A stretch of DNA of 64,000 nucleotides. It comes from Bacilli bacterium. Lineage in GTDB: Bacteria; Bacillota_I; Bacilli_A; RF39; UBA660. Below, piece by piece: positions 56,035 to 64,000 of this stretch (position 1 is the first letter of the stretch; every line of letters begins with the position of its first letter). The notes beneath the pieces are model-generated. The model saw only the letters and a program-made list of their open reading frames with translations, was not told where the DNA came from and did no database searches. Position numbers and translations under genes: made by a program. The stretch lies in assembly GCA_017553685.1 (NCBI GenBank), contig JAFZKH010000008.1:3256-67255 (forward strand), read 5' to 3'.

Positions 56035-57219
56035 ATGCATAGAGAAGATTTTAATATTTTAAGTACAGATATTATTTATTTTGATAACGGTGCTACTAGT
56101 TTAAAACCAAAATGTGTTTTAGATTCTATAACTAAGTATTATGAAGAGTATCCTATGAATGCTCATAGGGGAGATTATAAACTTAGTATGTTAACTAGTA
56201 ATCTTTATGAAAGAACTAGAGAAAAAGTAAAAGAGTTTATTAATGCTAATTCATCAAATGAAATAGTATTTACTAGTGGTTCTACTGAAAGTTTAAATAT
56301 GATTATTAATGGTTACTTTAAAGATAAGTTATCATCTAATGATGAAGTAATACTATCTAAAAGTGAACATGCTTCTTTAATACTTCCATTTATGGAATTA
56401 GGAGTAAAAATAAAATATGCTAACCTTGATGAGGACTATAAACTAACACTTGATAGTATTTCGAAGCAAGTAACACCAAATACAAAAGTAATTGGATTAT
56501 CTCATATATCTAATGTAATAGGTGACAAAAGAGATATTAAATCTATTATAGAGTTTGCTCATAAAAATAATATTTTAGTAGTAGTAGATGCTGCTCAAAG
56601 TTTAGGACATACTTTAGTAGATGTACAAGATATGGATGTAGATTTCTTAGCAGGTTCTGCTCATAAAATGTGTGGACCTATGGGAGTAGGTATCCTATAT
56701 GCTAAAGAAGAATTAATGAAAGATATTAAACCTGTTTATACTGGTGGTGGAGTAACTACTTCATTTAGTGAAGAAGAAATAGTTTATAAAGACTACCCAT
56801 TTAATTTAGAAGCAGGTACTAGAAATGTTCCTGGTGTAATAGCTTTAGGAGACACTATAGATTATATTAATTCTATTGGAGTTAAAAATATTGAAGAATA
56901 TGTATCTGATTTAAGAAAGTATTTAATAACAAAATTATCTAAATTAGATAATTTAGAAATATATAATTCTAATGTAGAAGGATCAACAATAGTATTTAAT
57001 GTAAAAGGAGTATTTGCTCAAGATACATCTTTATATTTAGATAAGAAAAATATATGTGTTAGATCTGGAGATCATTGTGATAAGATGCTTCATGAAGTAA
57101 CAGGAGTGAAAAATACTGTTAGAGTTAGTTTATACTTCTATAATACTATAGAAGAATGTGATAAATTAGTAGAAGCATTAAATAATCCAAATATATTAGA
57201 AGAAAGTTTAGGTATATAA
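56035..57219 (+). CDS. sufS: cysteine desulfurase (class-V aminotransferase, SufS/NifS-like)
   Basis: 394 aa. The PLP-lysine context SAHKMCGPMGVGILY is present. It is followed by a coupled sufU. Confidence 0.75.
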   Translation: MHREDFNILSTDIIYFDNGATSLKPKCVLDSITKYYEEYPMNAHRGDYKLSMLTSNLYERTREKVKEFINANSSNEIVFTSGSTESLNMIINGYFKDKLSSNDEVILSKSEHASLILPFMELGVKIKYANLDEDYKLTLDSISKQVTPNTKVIGLSHISNVIGDKRDIKSIIEFAHKNNILVVVDAAQSLGHTLVDVQDMDVDFLAGSAHKMCGPMGVGILYAKEELMKDIKPVYTGGGVTTSFSEEEIVYKDYPFNLEAGTRNVPGVIALGDTIDYINSIGVKNIEEYVSDLRKYLITKLSKLDNLEIYNSNVEGSTIVFNVKGVFAQDTSLYLDKKNICVRSGDHCDKMLHEVTGVKNTVRVSLYFYNTIEECDKLVEALNNPNILEESLGI

Positions 57220-57220
57220 T

Positions 57221-57640
57221 ATGGATAGTAATATAAAAAGAGAATTAATATTAGATAATTTTAATTATCCTAATAATAAAGGATTAATTAATGATCCTAG
57301 TTATATTAAAAAGAGTAATAAGAATCCGTCTTGTATAGATCATTTTGATATAGAATTAAAATTAGAAGATGGATTAGTAAAAGACATTAGATTTGATGGT
57401 GAAGCATGTGCTATAGCAACATCTTCTTTATCAATTGCAATTCATAGATTTATAGGTAAATCTAAAGAAGAAGTTTTAAATATTATAGATAACTATAAAA
57501 AAATGGTTAATGAAGAAGAATATGATGAAAGTATTCTAGAAGATTTACTTGCATTTGATGAAATATGGAAACAAGAATCTAGAAAAACATGTGCTACACT
57601 TGGTGTTAATATAATAGAAGATATACTTAATAATAATTAG
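57221..57640 (+). CDS. sufU: Fe-S cluster assembly scaffold SufU/NifU-like
   Basis: Conserved Cys ligands (NPSCIDHF; GEACAIATSS; CATLG). 139 aa. Translationally coupled to sufS. Confidence 0.7.
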   Translation: MDSNIKRELILDNFNYPNNKGLINDPSYIKKSNKNPSCIDHFDIELKLEDGLVKDIRFDGEACAIATSSLSIAIHRFIGKSKEEVLNIIDNYKKMVNEEEYDESILEDLLAFDEIWKQESRKTCATLGVNIIEDILNNN

Positions 57641-57649
57641 GAGGATATT

Positions 57650-59179
57650 ATGTATAGAAGTGAAGGTTTATTAATAGGTAAAAATGATAAAAAGGAAGTA
57701 TATTTACTTCCTAAAATGGCTAATAGACATGGTTTAATAACAGGAGCCTCAGGAACTGGTAAAACTATTACATCTAAAGTAATGGCAGAAAGTTTATCTG
57801 ATCTTGGTGTACCAGTATTTATGGCAGATGTTAAAGGTGATTTAGCAGGAACTGCTATATGCGGTGAATACAATGAAAATATTCAAAAAAGAGTTGAAAA
57901 GCTAAAACTTAAAGATTTTGATGTAAAAGAATTTCCAGTTAGATTCTGGGATGTATATGGTCAAAAAGGACATCCAATTAGATTCAAAGTATCTGATGTA
58001 GGTCCTAATATACTTTCAATGATGCTTGGACTTTCTGAAGCACAAGAAGGTGTACTTAATATAGTATTTAAGGTAGCAGAAGATGAACATCGTAAATTAG
58101 ATGATTTAAAAGATTTAAAATCTATGCTTAACCATGTAGGAGAAAATAGATCAGATTATACTTTAGACTATGGTAATGTAACTACTCAAAGTGTTGGAGT
58201 AATCCTTAGAAGTCTTAGTGTATTAGAAAATCAAGGTTTAAATAATTTCTTTGGTAAACCAGATTTAAATATTTCAGACTTTGTATCTGTTAATAATGAA
58301 GGTAAAGGTATTATTAATATACTTGATGCAGTAGAATTATATAAGAATCCTGATTTATATTCTGCTGTTATGCTTTGTTTATTAACTAAGTTATATGATC
58401 ATATGCCTGAGGTAGGAGACTTAGATAAGCCTAAAATAGTATTCTTCTTTGACGAAGCATATTTCTTATTTAGAGAAATGCCTTCGTATAGATTAAAACA
58501 AGTAGAAAAGATAGTTAGATTAATTAGATCTAAAGGAATTGGACTATACTTTATATCACACTATACTGTGGATATACCTGCAGGAATATTAGATCAACTT
58601 GGTAATAGAGTTCAACATAATTTAAGAGCATATACACCAGCTGATCAAAAGATTGCTAAAGCAGCAGCAGATTCATTTAGAACTAATCCTAAGTTTAAAA
58701 CTTATGATACAATTCTTGAACTTGGTACTGGTGAGGCTGTTGTTAGTTTCCAAAATGAAAAAGGTGAACCTGAAGTATGCGAAAGAGTAACTATTCTTCC
58801 ACCACAAAGTCAGATTGGAACTATTGATGATAGCACTAGACTTAGATTAATAAACAATAGTCCTTTAGCTGGAAAATATGATGAAACTGAAGATGATGAT
58901 TCAGCTTATGAAGAACTAGAAAGAGATAGAAAAATAAAAGAAGAACAAAAAATAGAAGAACAAAGAATTAAAGAAGAAGAAAAAGCTAAAAAAGAAGCTG
59001 AAAAACTAGCAGAAAAAGAACAAAAACAAAAAGAAAAAGAAGCTAGAGAATTAGAAAGAAAGAAAAAGAACTCTGTTCCAAGAAAAGTAGGAAGAAGAGT
59101 AGCTTCTAGAGTAGAAGGTAGATTAATCACTAAAGGGTTAAATGCTTTAGAAAAGGCTTTAAAGAATATAGGAAAATAA
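57650..59179 (+). CDS. HerA-like P-loop ATPase, DUF853 (YjgR-like) family, with K/E-rich C-terminal tail
   Basis: Walker A GASGTGKT and Walker B IVFFFDEAYFLF. The C-terminal ~90 aa is low-complexity EEQKIEEQRIKEEEKAKKEAEK. RBS AGGAGG. Confidence 0.55.
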   Translation: MYRSEGLLIGKNDKKEVYLLPKMANRHGLITGASGTGKTITSKVMAESLSDLGVPVFMADVKGDLAGTAICGEYNENIQKRVEKLKLKDFDVKEFPVRFWDVYGQKGHPIRFKVSDVGPNILSMMLGLSEAQEGVLNIVFKVAEDEHRKLDDLKDLKSMLNHVGENRSDYTLDYGNVTTQSVGVILRSLSVLENQGLNNFFGKPDLNISDFVSVNNEGKGIINILDAVELYKNPDLYSAVMLCLLTKLYDHMPEVGDLDKPKIVFFFDEAYFLFREMPSYRLKQVEKIVRLIRSKGIGLYFISHYTVDIPAGILDQLGNRVQHNLRAYTPADQKIAKAAADSFRTNPKFKTYDTILELGTGEAVVSFQNEKGEPEVCERVTILPPQSQIGTIDDSTRLRLINNSPLAGKYDETEDDDSAYEELERDRKIKEEQKIEEQRIKEEEKAKKEAEKLAEKEQKQKEKEARELERKKKNSVPRKVGRRVASRVEGRLITKGLNALEKALKNIGK

Positions 59180-59182
59180 AGA

Positions 59183-59212
59183 GTTTAATACTCTTTATTT
59201 TTTTTGACAAAG
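59183..59212 (+). terminator. rho-independent terminator
   Basis: AAAGAGT ttaat ACTCTTT followed by ATTTTTTTT. Confidence 0.6.
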
Positions 59213-59260
59213 AAATAGTTGTATGTTAATATAATCCCACTTAAAAAGTGAGGGGTTTTT

Positions 59261-59962
59261 ATGCGTAAACCAACTTGGGAAGAATACTATGAATATAAAA
59301 AAGAAGTAGATAAAACTTTTGAAGAAGGAAAGAATAATGGAAAGATTAGACCTTATGATCCTGAATTAATTGAGGATATGAGAGAACACTACTATAATGG
59401 TATTCCTCTTTCTATATCTTTATTATGTAATTCTATGTGTCGTGGAAGATGTAATGAATTAGCTTTAGAACTTGCAAGAGTATTTATTGATAGAGGACAG
59501 AGAGTAGGATACTTTAGTTTTATTGTTAGAGGTTTAAAGTTAAGACCAGATTATTATGATGAAAATAATCCTGAATATGCTCAACATGGTGTATTAATTG
59601 TAATTGAAAAGGATGGATCTGCATGGGTATATGATACTAATTTACAACTTGCAATGGATTTTAACATGTTTATAGAACTTGAGAAGCCTTTAGAAATAGG
59701 AGAATTACTTAAAGGTAATTTAAAAGAATGTTTAAAACATTTAAAAGATGAAAACCCAGATAGTTATAAGCTTGATAAAGAAGCTGCTATGGCTATTATT
59801 CCTGTAGTAGAAGAATGTTATATGCTTCCAAGAGAAACAGATTATATTAATAGTTATGCTGGAGAATATAATGATGCTAGATTAAAAACTGAAATAGAGT
59901 TTTTAAAAAGAAGTATAGGTTACAGAAGAGAATTAAAAAAGCAAAAAAAAGGAAAAAAGTAG
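59261..59962 (+). CDS. hypothetical protein (233 aa)
   Basis: RBS GAGGGG. No recognisable domain. Confidence 0.35.
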   Translation: MRKPTWEEYYEYKKEVDKTFEEGKNNGKIRPYDPELIEDMREHYYNGIPLSISLLCNSMCRGRCNELALELARVFIDRGQRVGYFSFIVRGLKLRPDYYDENNPEYAQHGVLIVIEKDGSAWVYDTNLQLAMDFNMFIELEKPLEIGELLKGNLKECLKHLKDENPDSYKLDKEAAMAIIPVVEECYMLPRETDYINSYAGEYNDARLKTEIEFLKRSIGYRRELKKQKKGKK

Positions 59963-60050
59963 AGAAATAATATTTCTTTACTTTTTTCTATAATTTATTG
60001 ACTTTAAATAATAAAAATGATATTATTTATATGTTCTTTGAAGTGCGTAT

Positions 60051-60127
<77 letters not shown>

Positions 60128-60142
60128 TTTTTAAAATCATAT

Positions 60143-60219
60143 CGGGAAGTAGCACAACTTGGCAGTGCGCTTGGTTTGGGACCAAGAGGTTGCAGGTTCA
60201 AATCCTGTCTTCCCGACCA
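60143..60219 (+). tRNA. tRNA-Pro (anticodon TGG)
   Basis: Acceptor CGGGAAG/CTTCCCG; anticodon stem CTTGG/CCAAG with loop TTTGGGA; T-arm GCAGG-TTCAAAT-CCTGT. CCA is encoded. A terminator hairpin AACCCTTAT/ATAAGGGTT plus T-run lies at 60230-60258. Confidence 0.85.
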
Positions 60220-60299
60220 TTAGTTAATTAACCCTTATTTTATAAGGGTTTATTTTTTTGGGAGAAGATTGGGAGAAGATTTTTTTAAAAATCTTTTTT

Positions 60300-61400
60300 T
60301 TAAAAGCATACTTTTTGGAGTAAATCTGATGATACTTCATCAATATAACTTGATACTTTTTCTTCCATTTTTGGAAGTAAATGAGTATAAGTACTTAAAG
60401 TTATACTTGTATCAGAATGACCTAGTCTTTGAGAAACTGCTACAATGTTAGTATCACTATTACAAATAAGGTTTGATGCATGAGAATGTCTAAATTGATG
60501 ATTTGTAATATATTTAACTCCAGCTTGTTTAATTGACTGTTCTTTTATTCGGTTTATAGTAGTTCTATGAAAAACATCAACTCGACCGAATATAAACCAA
60601 TTATTATCAATATATCCATATTTCTTCCTTTGTGATTCTTTATAATCACTTAATAACTTATCAATATTATGACCTAAGGCGACATCTCTATAAGAGTTTG
60701 CAGTCTTAGGTTCTTTTAATTCTCCATGATGAACTTCAGTTCTTTCATTAAATTCTTTATTAACAGTTATATAACCATTTTCATAGTCTTCCCATTTTAA
60801 GGCTTGCATTTCACCAATACGAAGACCAGTATAGTACATTACAATGAAGAACATTTTATAATCTGGTCTTTCAACACATTCAATAAACTTATTAAACTCT
60901 TCATTAGTCCAGATATTCTTTCCTCTTTCTCTTTGTGCTATCTTTTCTTCAAATGTCTTATTAAAGGGTTCAATTACATAAGTTGGATCATCATTTAGTT
61001 TGTAATAGACTTTTGCATGGTGAAATACCATTTTTAACACACTTATAATGTGATTTTTAGTTTTAGACGATAAATTGGTCTTAGCTAAGTAATTTTTAAA
61101 ATTACGGCAGTCTAATTCAGTTATTTTCTGTACTCGCTTATTATCAAAGAACTTAAGAATATAATTATTAATAATTGCCTTAGTACTGATATAAGTTGTA
61201 ATAGTACGATTTAATTTATAGTCTTCTAAAAAATCATTAGCAAGATTAGAAATTGATAAATTTGATATTTGGTCTATTTCATTTAGTTGTAGTTTAGATT
61301 CATAGTTTTTAGCATCACTCTTTTTTTCAAAACCTCTATAAGTTTTATTTAGATGCTTAACATAATATAAACCTGTTCTACTATCTTTATGAACAGACAA
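60300..61400 (-). CDS. int: site-specific tyrosine recombinase/integrase (phage integrase family)
   Basis: C-terminal catalytic motifs are present (...HQFRHSHASNL...LGHSDTSITLSTYTHL; R..HxxR..Y). The N-terminal arm-binding-like domain is MSVHKDSRTGLYYV. Start is likely TTG at 61400-61398, preceded by GAGGAGGT. Confidence 0.85.
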   Translation of the reverse strand: MSVHKDSRTGLYYVKHLNKTYRGFEKKSDAKNYESKLQLNEIDQISNLSISNLANDFLEDYKLNRTITTYISTKAIINNYILKFFDNKRVQKITELDCRNFKNYLAKTNLSSKTKNHIISVLKMVFHHAKVYYKLNDDPTYVIEPFNKTFEEKIAQRERGKNIWTNEEFNKFIECVERPDYKMFFIVMYYTGLRIGEMQALKWEDYENGYITVNKEFNERTEVHHGELKEPKTANSYRDVALGHNIDKLLSDYKESQRKKYGYIDNNWFIFGRVDVFHRTTINRIKEQSIKQAGVKYITNHQFRHSHASNLICNSDTNIVAVSQRLGHSDTSITLSTYTHLLPKMEEKVSSYIDEVSSDLLQKVCF

Positions 61401-61405
61401 TTCTT

Positions 61406-61675
61406 TTACCTCCTCAACCTACTTATTTCGAATTCAAGGTTCATTTTATCTCTATAGTAATTTATATCTTTATTAATTACTTTTAGTACTGCTTCTGTTG
61501 GAACTTGCATAGAATATAAATCAATATTATCATTCATACATAATTCAATTGCTTTCTTTCTAATGATAGATGCTCTGGGTTGACCTACTGAGCATAACAT
61601 CATTATTTCTTTAATCGTTAATTCCTCTTTAAGTACTAATTCAAATTTTTCTTTCCAAGATATCTCCTTACTCAT
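61406..61675 (-). CDS. small DNA-binding protein, excisionase (Xis)-like (putative)
   Basis: The start ATG at 61675 follows GAGGTG. ~89 aa, with HTH-like LTIKEIMMLCSVGQPRASIIRKKAIEL. The position next to int is typical for xis. Confidence 0.4.
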   Translation of the reverse strand: MSKEISWKEKFELVLKEELTIKEIMMLCSVGQPRASIIRKKAIELCMNDNIDLYSMQVPTEAVLKVINKDINYYRDKMNLEFEISRLRR

Positions 61676-61749
61676 AAAATTCACCTCGACTTATATCGAT
61701 AGGTTGATTAATATATATCATAATAGACTTAAAAACACAAATCATCATA

Positions 61750-62181
61750 TTAATCATCTCCTATACATTCTTTAATTAATTTATCAATTTCTTCTTGTTC
61801 TTCTTTAGATATAGGTTCTTTTTCAGTAGGTATTTTAATACCATTCCAATAACCATCTTCGTTTAGAGTTGGTTCTTTATTAATATCAATACCATTTATT
61901 TCTAAAACATGGATATAGTTTTGCCTATATCCTTTTTTATCTATGTATCCTTTTGGAATACCTTTAACATAAATATCTTTTCCAACTTCTAAATTGATCT
62001 TATACATATACTCTTTATATATTCTTGCACTAAAAAAAGATAGGTTAATCCTATCCACACCATTTTTATCTTTATATTGTTCTTTTTGTCCTATATCAAA
62101 CCATATATAATTATCATCTACATTATCTCTTATTTCAGAAATATAACCATGATATTTTATATAATCAACTGAGTCAATCAT
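61750..62181 (-). CDS. hypothetical protein (143 aa) of the integrated element
   Basis: RBS GGGAGGT. No recognisable domain. Confidence 0.3.
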   Translation of the reverse strand: MIDSVDYIKYHGYISEIRDNVDDNYIWFDIGQKEQYKDKNGVDRINLSFFSARIYKEYMYKINLEVGKDIYVKGIPKGYIDKKGYRQNYIHVLEINGIDINKEPTLNEDGYWNGIKIPTEKEPISKEEQEEIDKLIKECIGDD

Positions 62182-62290
62182 TTAAACCTCCCTTTACCTT
62201 TACTAAGGCCTTTGTATTATTTATTCTATTTATTTTTTTAATTTATTTATTTTGTTAGAAATATATTTCCCATTAGTTAGAAGAATAATT

Positions 62291-62563
62291 CTACTTACTA
62301 GGAAACTTATAACTAACATATATTTTTCTTTTATAACTTTTTGGATTCTCAATTCTAATATAATTTTGATCATTTAATTCTTTAATTAGATAAGTTATTT
62401 TTCTAGCTGAGCATTTAATCATATTTGCATAATAATTATTAGTAGCATATGAATAACCTAACTTTTTAGAATTAGAATTTAAAAATCCAAGTAAAAGAAT
62501 AGCTCCATAAGATAGAGTTCCTTCAGTTATTAACTTGTTAGGAATGATAATAAATCTTTTCAT
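62291..62563 (-). CDS. small helix-turn-helix protein (replication-initiator/DnaD-N-like, putative)
   Basis: RBS AGGAGG. 90 aa, with LSYGAILLLGFLNSNSKKLGYSYATNNYYANMIKCSARKITYLIKELNDQNYI. Confidence 0.35.
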   Translation of the reverse strand: MKRFIIIPNKLITEGTLSYGAILLLGFLNSNSKKLGYSYATNNYYANMIKCSARKITYLIKELNDQNYIRIENPKSYKRKIYVSYKFPSK

Positions 62564-62957
62564 AAAAATACCTCCTTTTTTAATTTTTTACTAGGGACTA
62601 AAAATTGCTTAAAAAATGCCTATTTTTTTTATGAGCATAAGAAGGTGCCACCAACTACCCCGTTTTGCCCTTATTTTACAACAAAAAGGGTGGTGGCAAA
62701 CTTATTCTGCACATGCAAAATTGGTCCCTAACAATGAAAAAAGCCTTATAAAATAAGGCTTTCTTAAGTCCCTGACCCTGAAAATCGGCAAAAATTAGGG
62801 ACAAAAAACAGATAATTATTTAATTTCATGATTACCTGATTTTACTACATTCTAACATAAAAAGTGTGAATAACAAGGTTTATTTTGTAGAAGTTATGTG
62901 TTATCTATGTGTGGAAAATGTGTTAGAAATAATAAAATTAATTAATGTAAATAAAAA

Positions 62958-62982
62958 ACTATACCATTTGGTATAGTCGATT
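62958..62982 (-). terminator. rho-independent terminator of the endonuclease-like gene
   Basis: ACTATACC aaat GGTATAGT followed on the minus strand by TTTTTTATTT. It lies immediately after the TAA at 62985-62983. Confidence 0.55.
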
Positions 62983-64000
62983 TTAAATAAACTCTTTAAA
63001 TATTTCTTTTATATAACTATTATTAATCCAGAAACATTGTTTAGTATATTCTGTTGCACCAGTTAACTTATCTGCTACTGGTAATTCAATTGTATCTCTT
63101 GAATTTCTTCCATGAGGTCTTACATGGCATACTTCATTTTCACTCATTCCAACAAAGTTAGTTTTCCTTTTACCGTTTTTAATGTATCTAACAATATTTC
63201 CACTTTTAATAGTGTTATATGTTTTCTTCCACATTTCCATAACTGATGTTTCTATATCCATCTCTGGCATATTCCATAATTTAATTCCCTTAAATATATA
63301 ATCATCTTTTTCTTTTTTGAATACAAAGAACATATATTTAGTTGTTTCTAATTCTTCTCTTAAATCACAAGTTTCCCAATCCTGATTTACTATATCAGTA
63401 AATTTAAATGAAGGGAATGATATAGATTCTTTAATTCTTCCATTTTCTTCAATTCTGATTGTTTTAGGTATAATATTTGCTTTTTGAAATTCTTCAGTTT
63501 CTCCAAGTTTACCTTTTACATTAAACATTCTACTAACAAGCATTCTATTAACATTCTTTGCTGTTGAATCAATTTTAAATTCTTTCATTAATTCTTTTTG
63601 AGATTTACCTTTAAATTTATTAATTATATTATTAACAAATTCATTAAATGAATCAGTTGTTTCTTTAAGGACTTTTTCTACATCAGAGTAATCTCCAATA
63701 TATTTTCTAACTAATTGAGTCATATAAGAGTTTTTAAAACAAAATGCTCTTTGCATTGCTGGTATATCACTAAATGGTTGTTCACGAACTGAACTAGCAT
63801 TAGCACCTTTAGAACAAGCTCCAAGATACATTGTATCAGCTTCTGATATTTCGTGTGCTTTACCATCTTTAATTTTCTTAATAATACATTCCCAGTCTTC
63901 TTCTATTTGTTTTAAATCTTCATTTTTAACTAATTCTAAAAGTTTTTCATGAGTTATTTTTAGGTCTTTTGTATCTTTATTTGGTTCCCATAAATACCAT
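62983..64000 (-). CDS. 5'-truncated gene for a MutH/Sau3AI-family restriction endonuclease-like protein (putative)
   Basis: The frame stays open from the stop at 62983 to the window edge (upstream residues ...WYLWEPNKDTKDLKITHEKLLELVKNEDLKQIEEDWECIIKKIKDGKAHEISEADTMYLGACSKGANASS...). Motifs such as GACSKGANASSVREQPFSD and CHVRPHGRNSRD recall the Sau3AI/MutH family. Assignment is from memory only. Confidence 0.4.
   Translation of the reverse strand, partial: WYLWEPNKDTKDLKITHEKLLELVKNEDLKQIEEDWECIIKKIKDGKAHEISEADTMYLGACSKGANASSVREQPFSDIPAMQRAFCFKNSYMTQLVRKYIGDYSDVEKVLKETTDSFNEFVNNIINKFKGKSQKELMKEFKIDSTAKNVNRMLVSRMFNVKGKLGETEEFQKANIIPKTIRIEENGRIKESISFPSFKFTDIVNQDWETCDLREELETTKYMFFVFKKEKDDYIFKGIKLWNMPEMDIETSVMEMWKKTYNTIKSGNIVRYIKNGKRKTNFVGMSENEVCHVRPHGRNSRDTIELPVADKLTGATEYTKQCFWINNSYIKEIFKEFI

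Larger units (their letters stand above)
60220..64000. mobile_element. integrative element (prophage-remnant/IME-like) inserted adjacent to the 3' end of tRNA-Pro; right end beyond window
   Basis: A tyrosine integrase gene points toward tRNA-Pro, followed by an Xis-like gene, small phage/plasmid-type genes, an iteron-like non-coding region and a restriction-endonuclease-like gene. Direct repeats GGGAGAAGAT x2 lie at 60259-60279. Confidence 0.55.

Noticed and set aside
58900-59100. Possible tandem-repeat or CRISPR-like periodicity in the K/E-rich 3' end of the DUF853 gene (aaagaagaa...)
   Set aside because: It is simple low-complexity purine-rich coding sequence (EEQKIEEQRIKEEEKAKKEAEK) in frame with the ATPase gene. 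There are no direct repeats with unique spacers, so it is not a CRISPR array.
60269-60451. 60-aa plus-strand ORF overlapping the 3' end of the integrase gene
   Set aside because: It sits inside the int terminator and coding region on the opposite strand, with no RBS.

Overview
This window is a very AT-rich (roughly 25-28% GC) chromosomal segment from a low-GC Gram-positive (Clostridia-like) bacterium. Genes are densely packed, with strong AGGAGG/GGTGA ribosome-binding sites and many canonical hairpin plus T-run terminators. The housekeeping backbone is recognisable: rluB, ackA, nrnA, engB, der, hup, dnaD-like, truB, rpsO-pnp, rnj, ftsY-ylxM-ffh, rpoZ, recX-like, prsA, HIT, sufS-sufU, plus tRNA-His, tRNA-Arg and tRNA-Pro. 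Accessory loci are interleaved with it. (1) Positions 1-4733: the partial 3' end of a giant surface protein built of cadherin-like beta-sandwich repeats and ending in a dockerin-like duplicated EF-hand segment, immediately followed by a gene for a signal-peptide protein with a cohesin-like N-domain, cadherin-like repeats, one TM helix and an acidic cytoplasmic tail. This is a non-cellulosomal cohesin-dockerin anchoring pair. (2) Positions 5.2-6.7 kb: a thioredoxin plus an exported-Trx::CcdA fusion. (3) Positions 7.5-12.7 kb, next to tRNA-His: a tight operon led by a RelB/DinJ-type ribbon-helix-helix domain fused to a NUDIX domain whose Nudix-box glutamates are degenerate, then an intact NUDIX hydrolase, a MazG-like pyrophosphohydrolase, a 413-aa unknown, and a DUF2974 lipase-like protein. 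Two paralogous GPxLPIYG membrane proteins bracket it and a phased TGTAGT repeat array sits on its promoter. (4) Positions 12.7-13.2 kb: a near-perfect CIRCE operator overlapping the hsp20 promoter. (5) Positions 15.0-24.6 kb: a three-gene surface-adhesin locus. Two paralogs combine a putative thioester domain with Cna-B/SpaA-like domains. They end in an identical non-LPXTG C-terminus (EIQTG + TM + KKRK), and their 3' ends form a ~540-bp direct DNA repeat flanking a 1382-aa SdrD-B/DUF11 protein. (6) Positions 45.9-50.2 kb: two tandem paralogous repeat-rich proteins of unknown function. (7) From 60.2 kb to the window end: an integrative element inserted next to tRNA-Pro, carrying a tyrosine integrase, an Xis-like protein, a small HTH/replication-like gene, a GC-richer structured non-coding region with repeated (T)AGGGAC motifs, and a partial Sau3AI/MutH-like endonuclease gene. 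No CRISPR array or rRNA is present.
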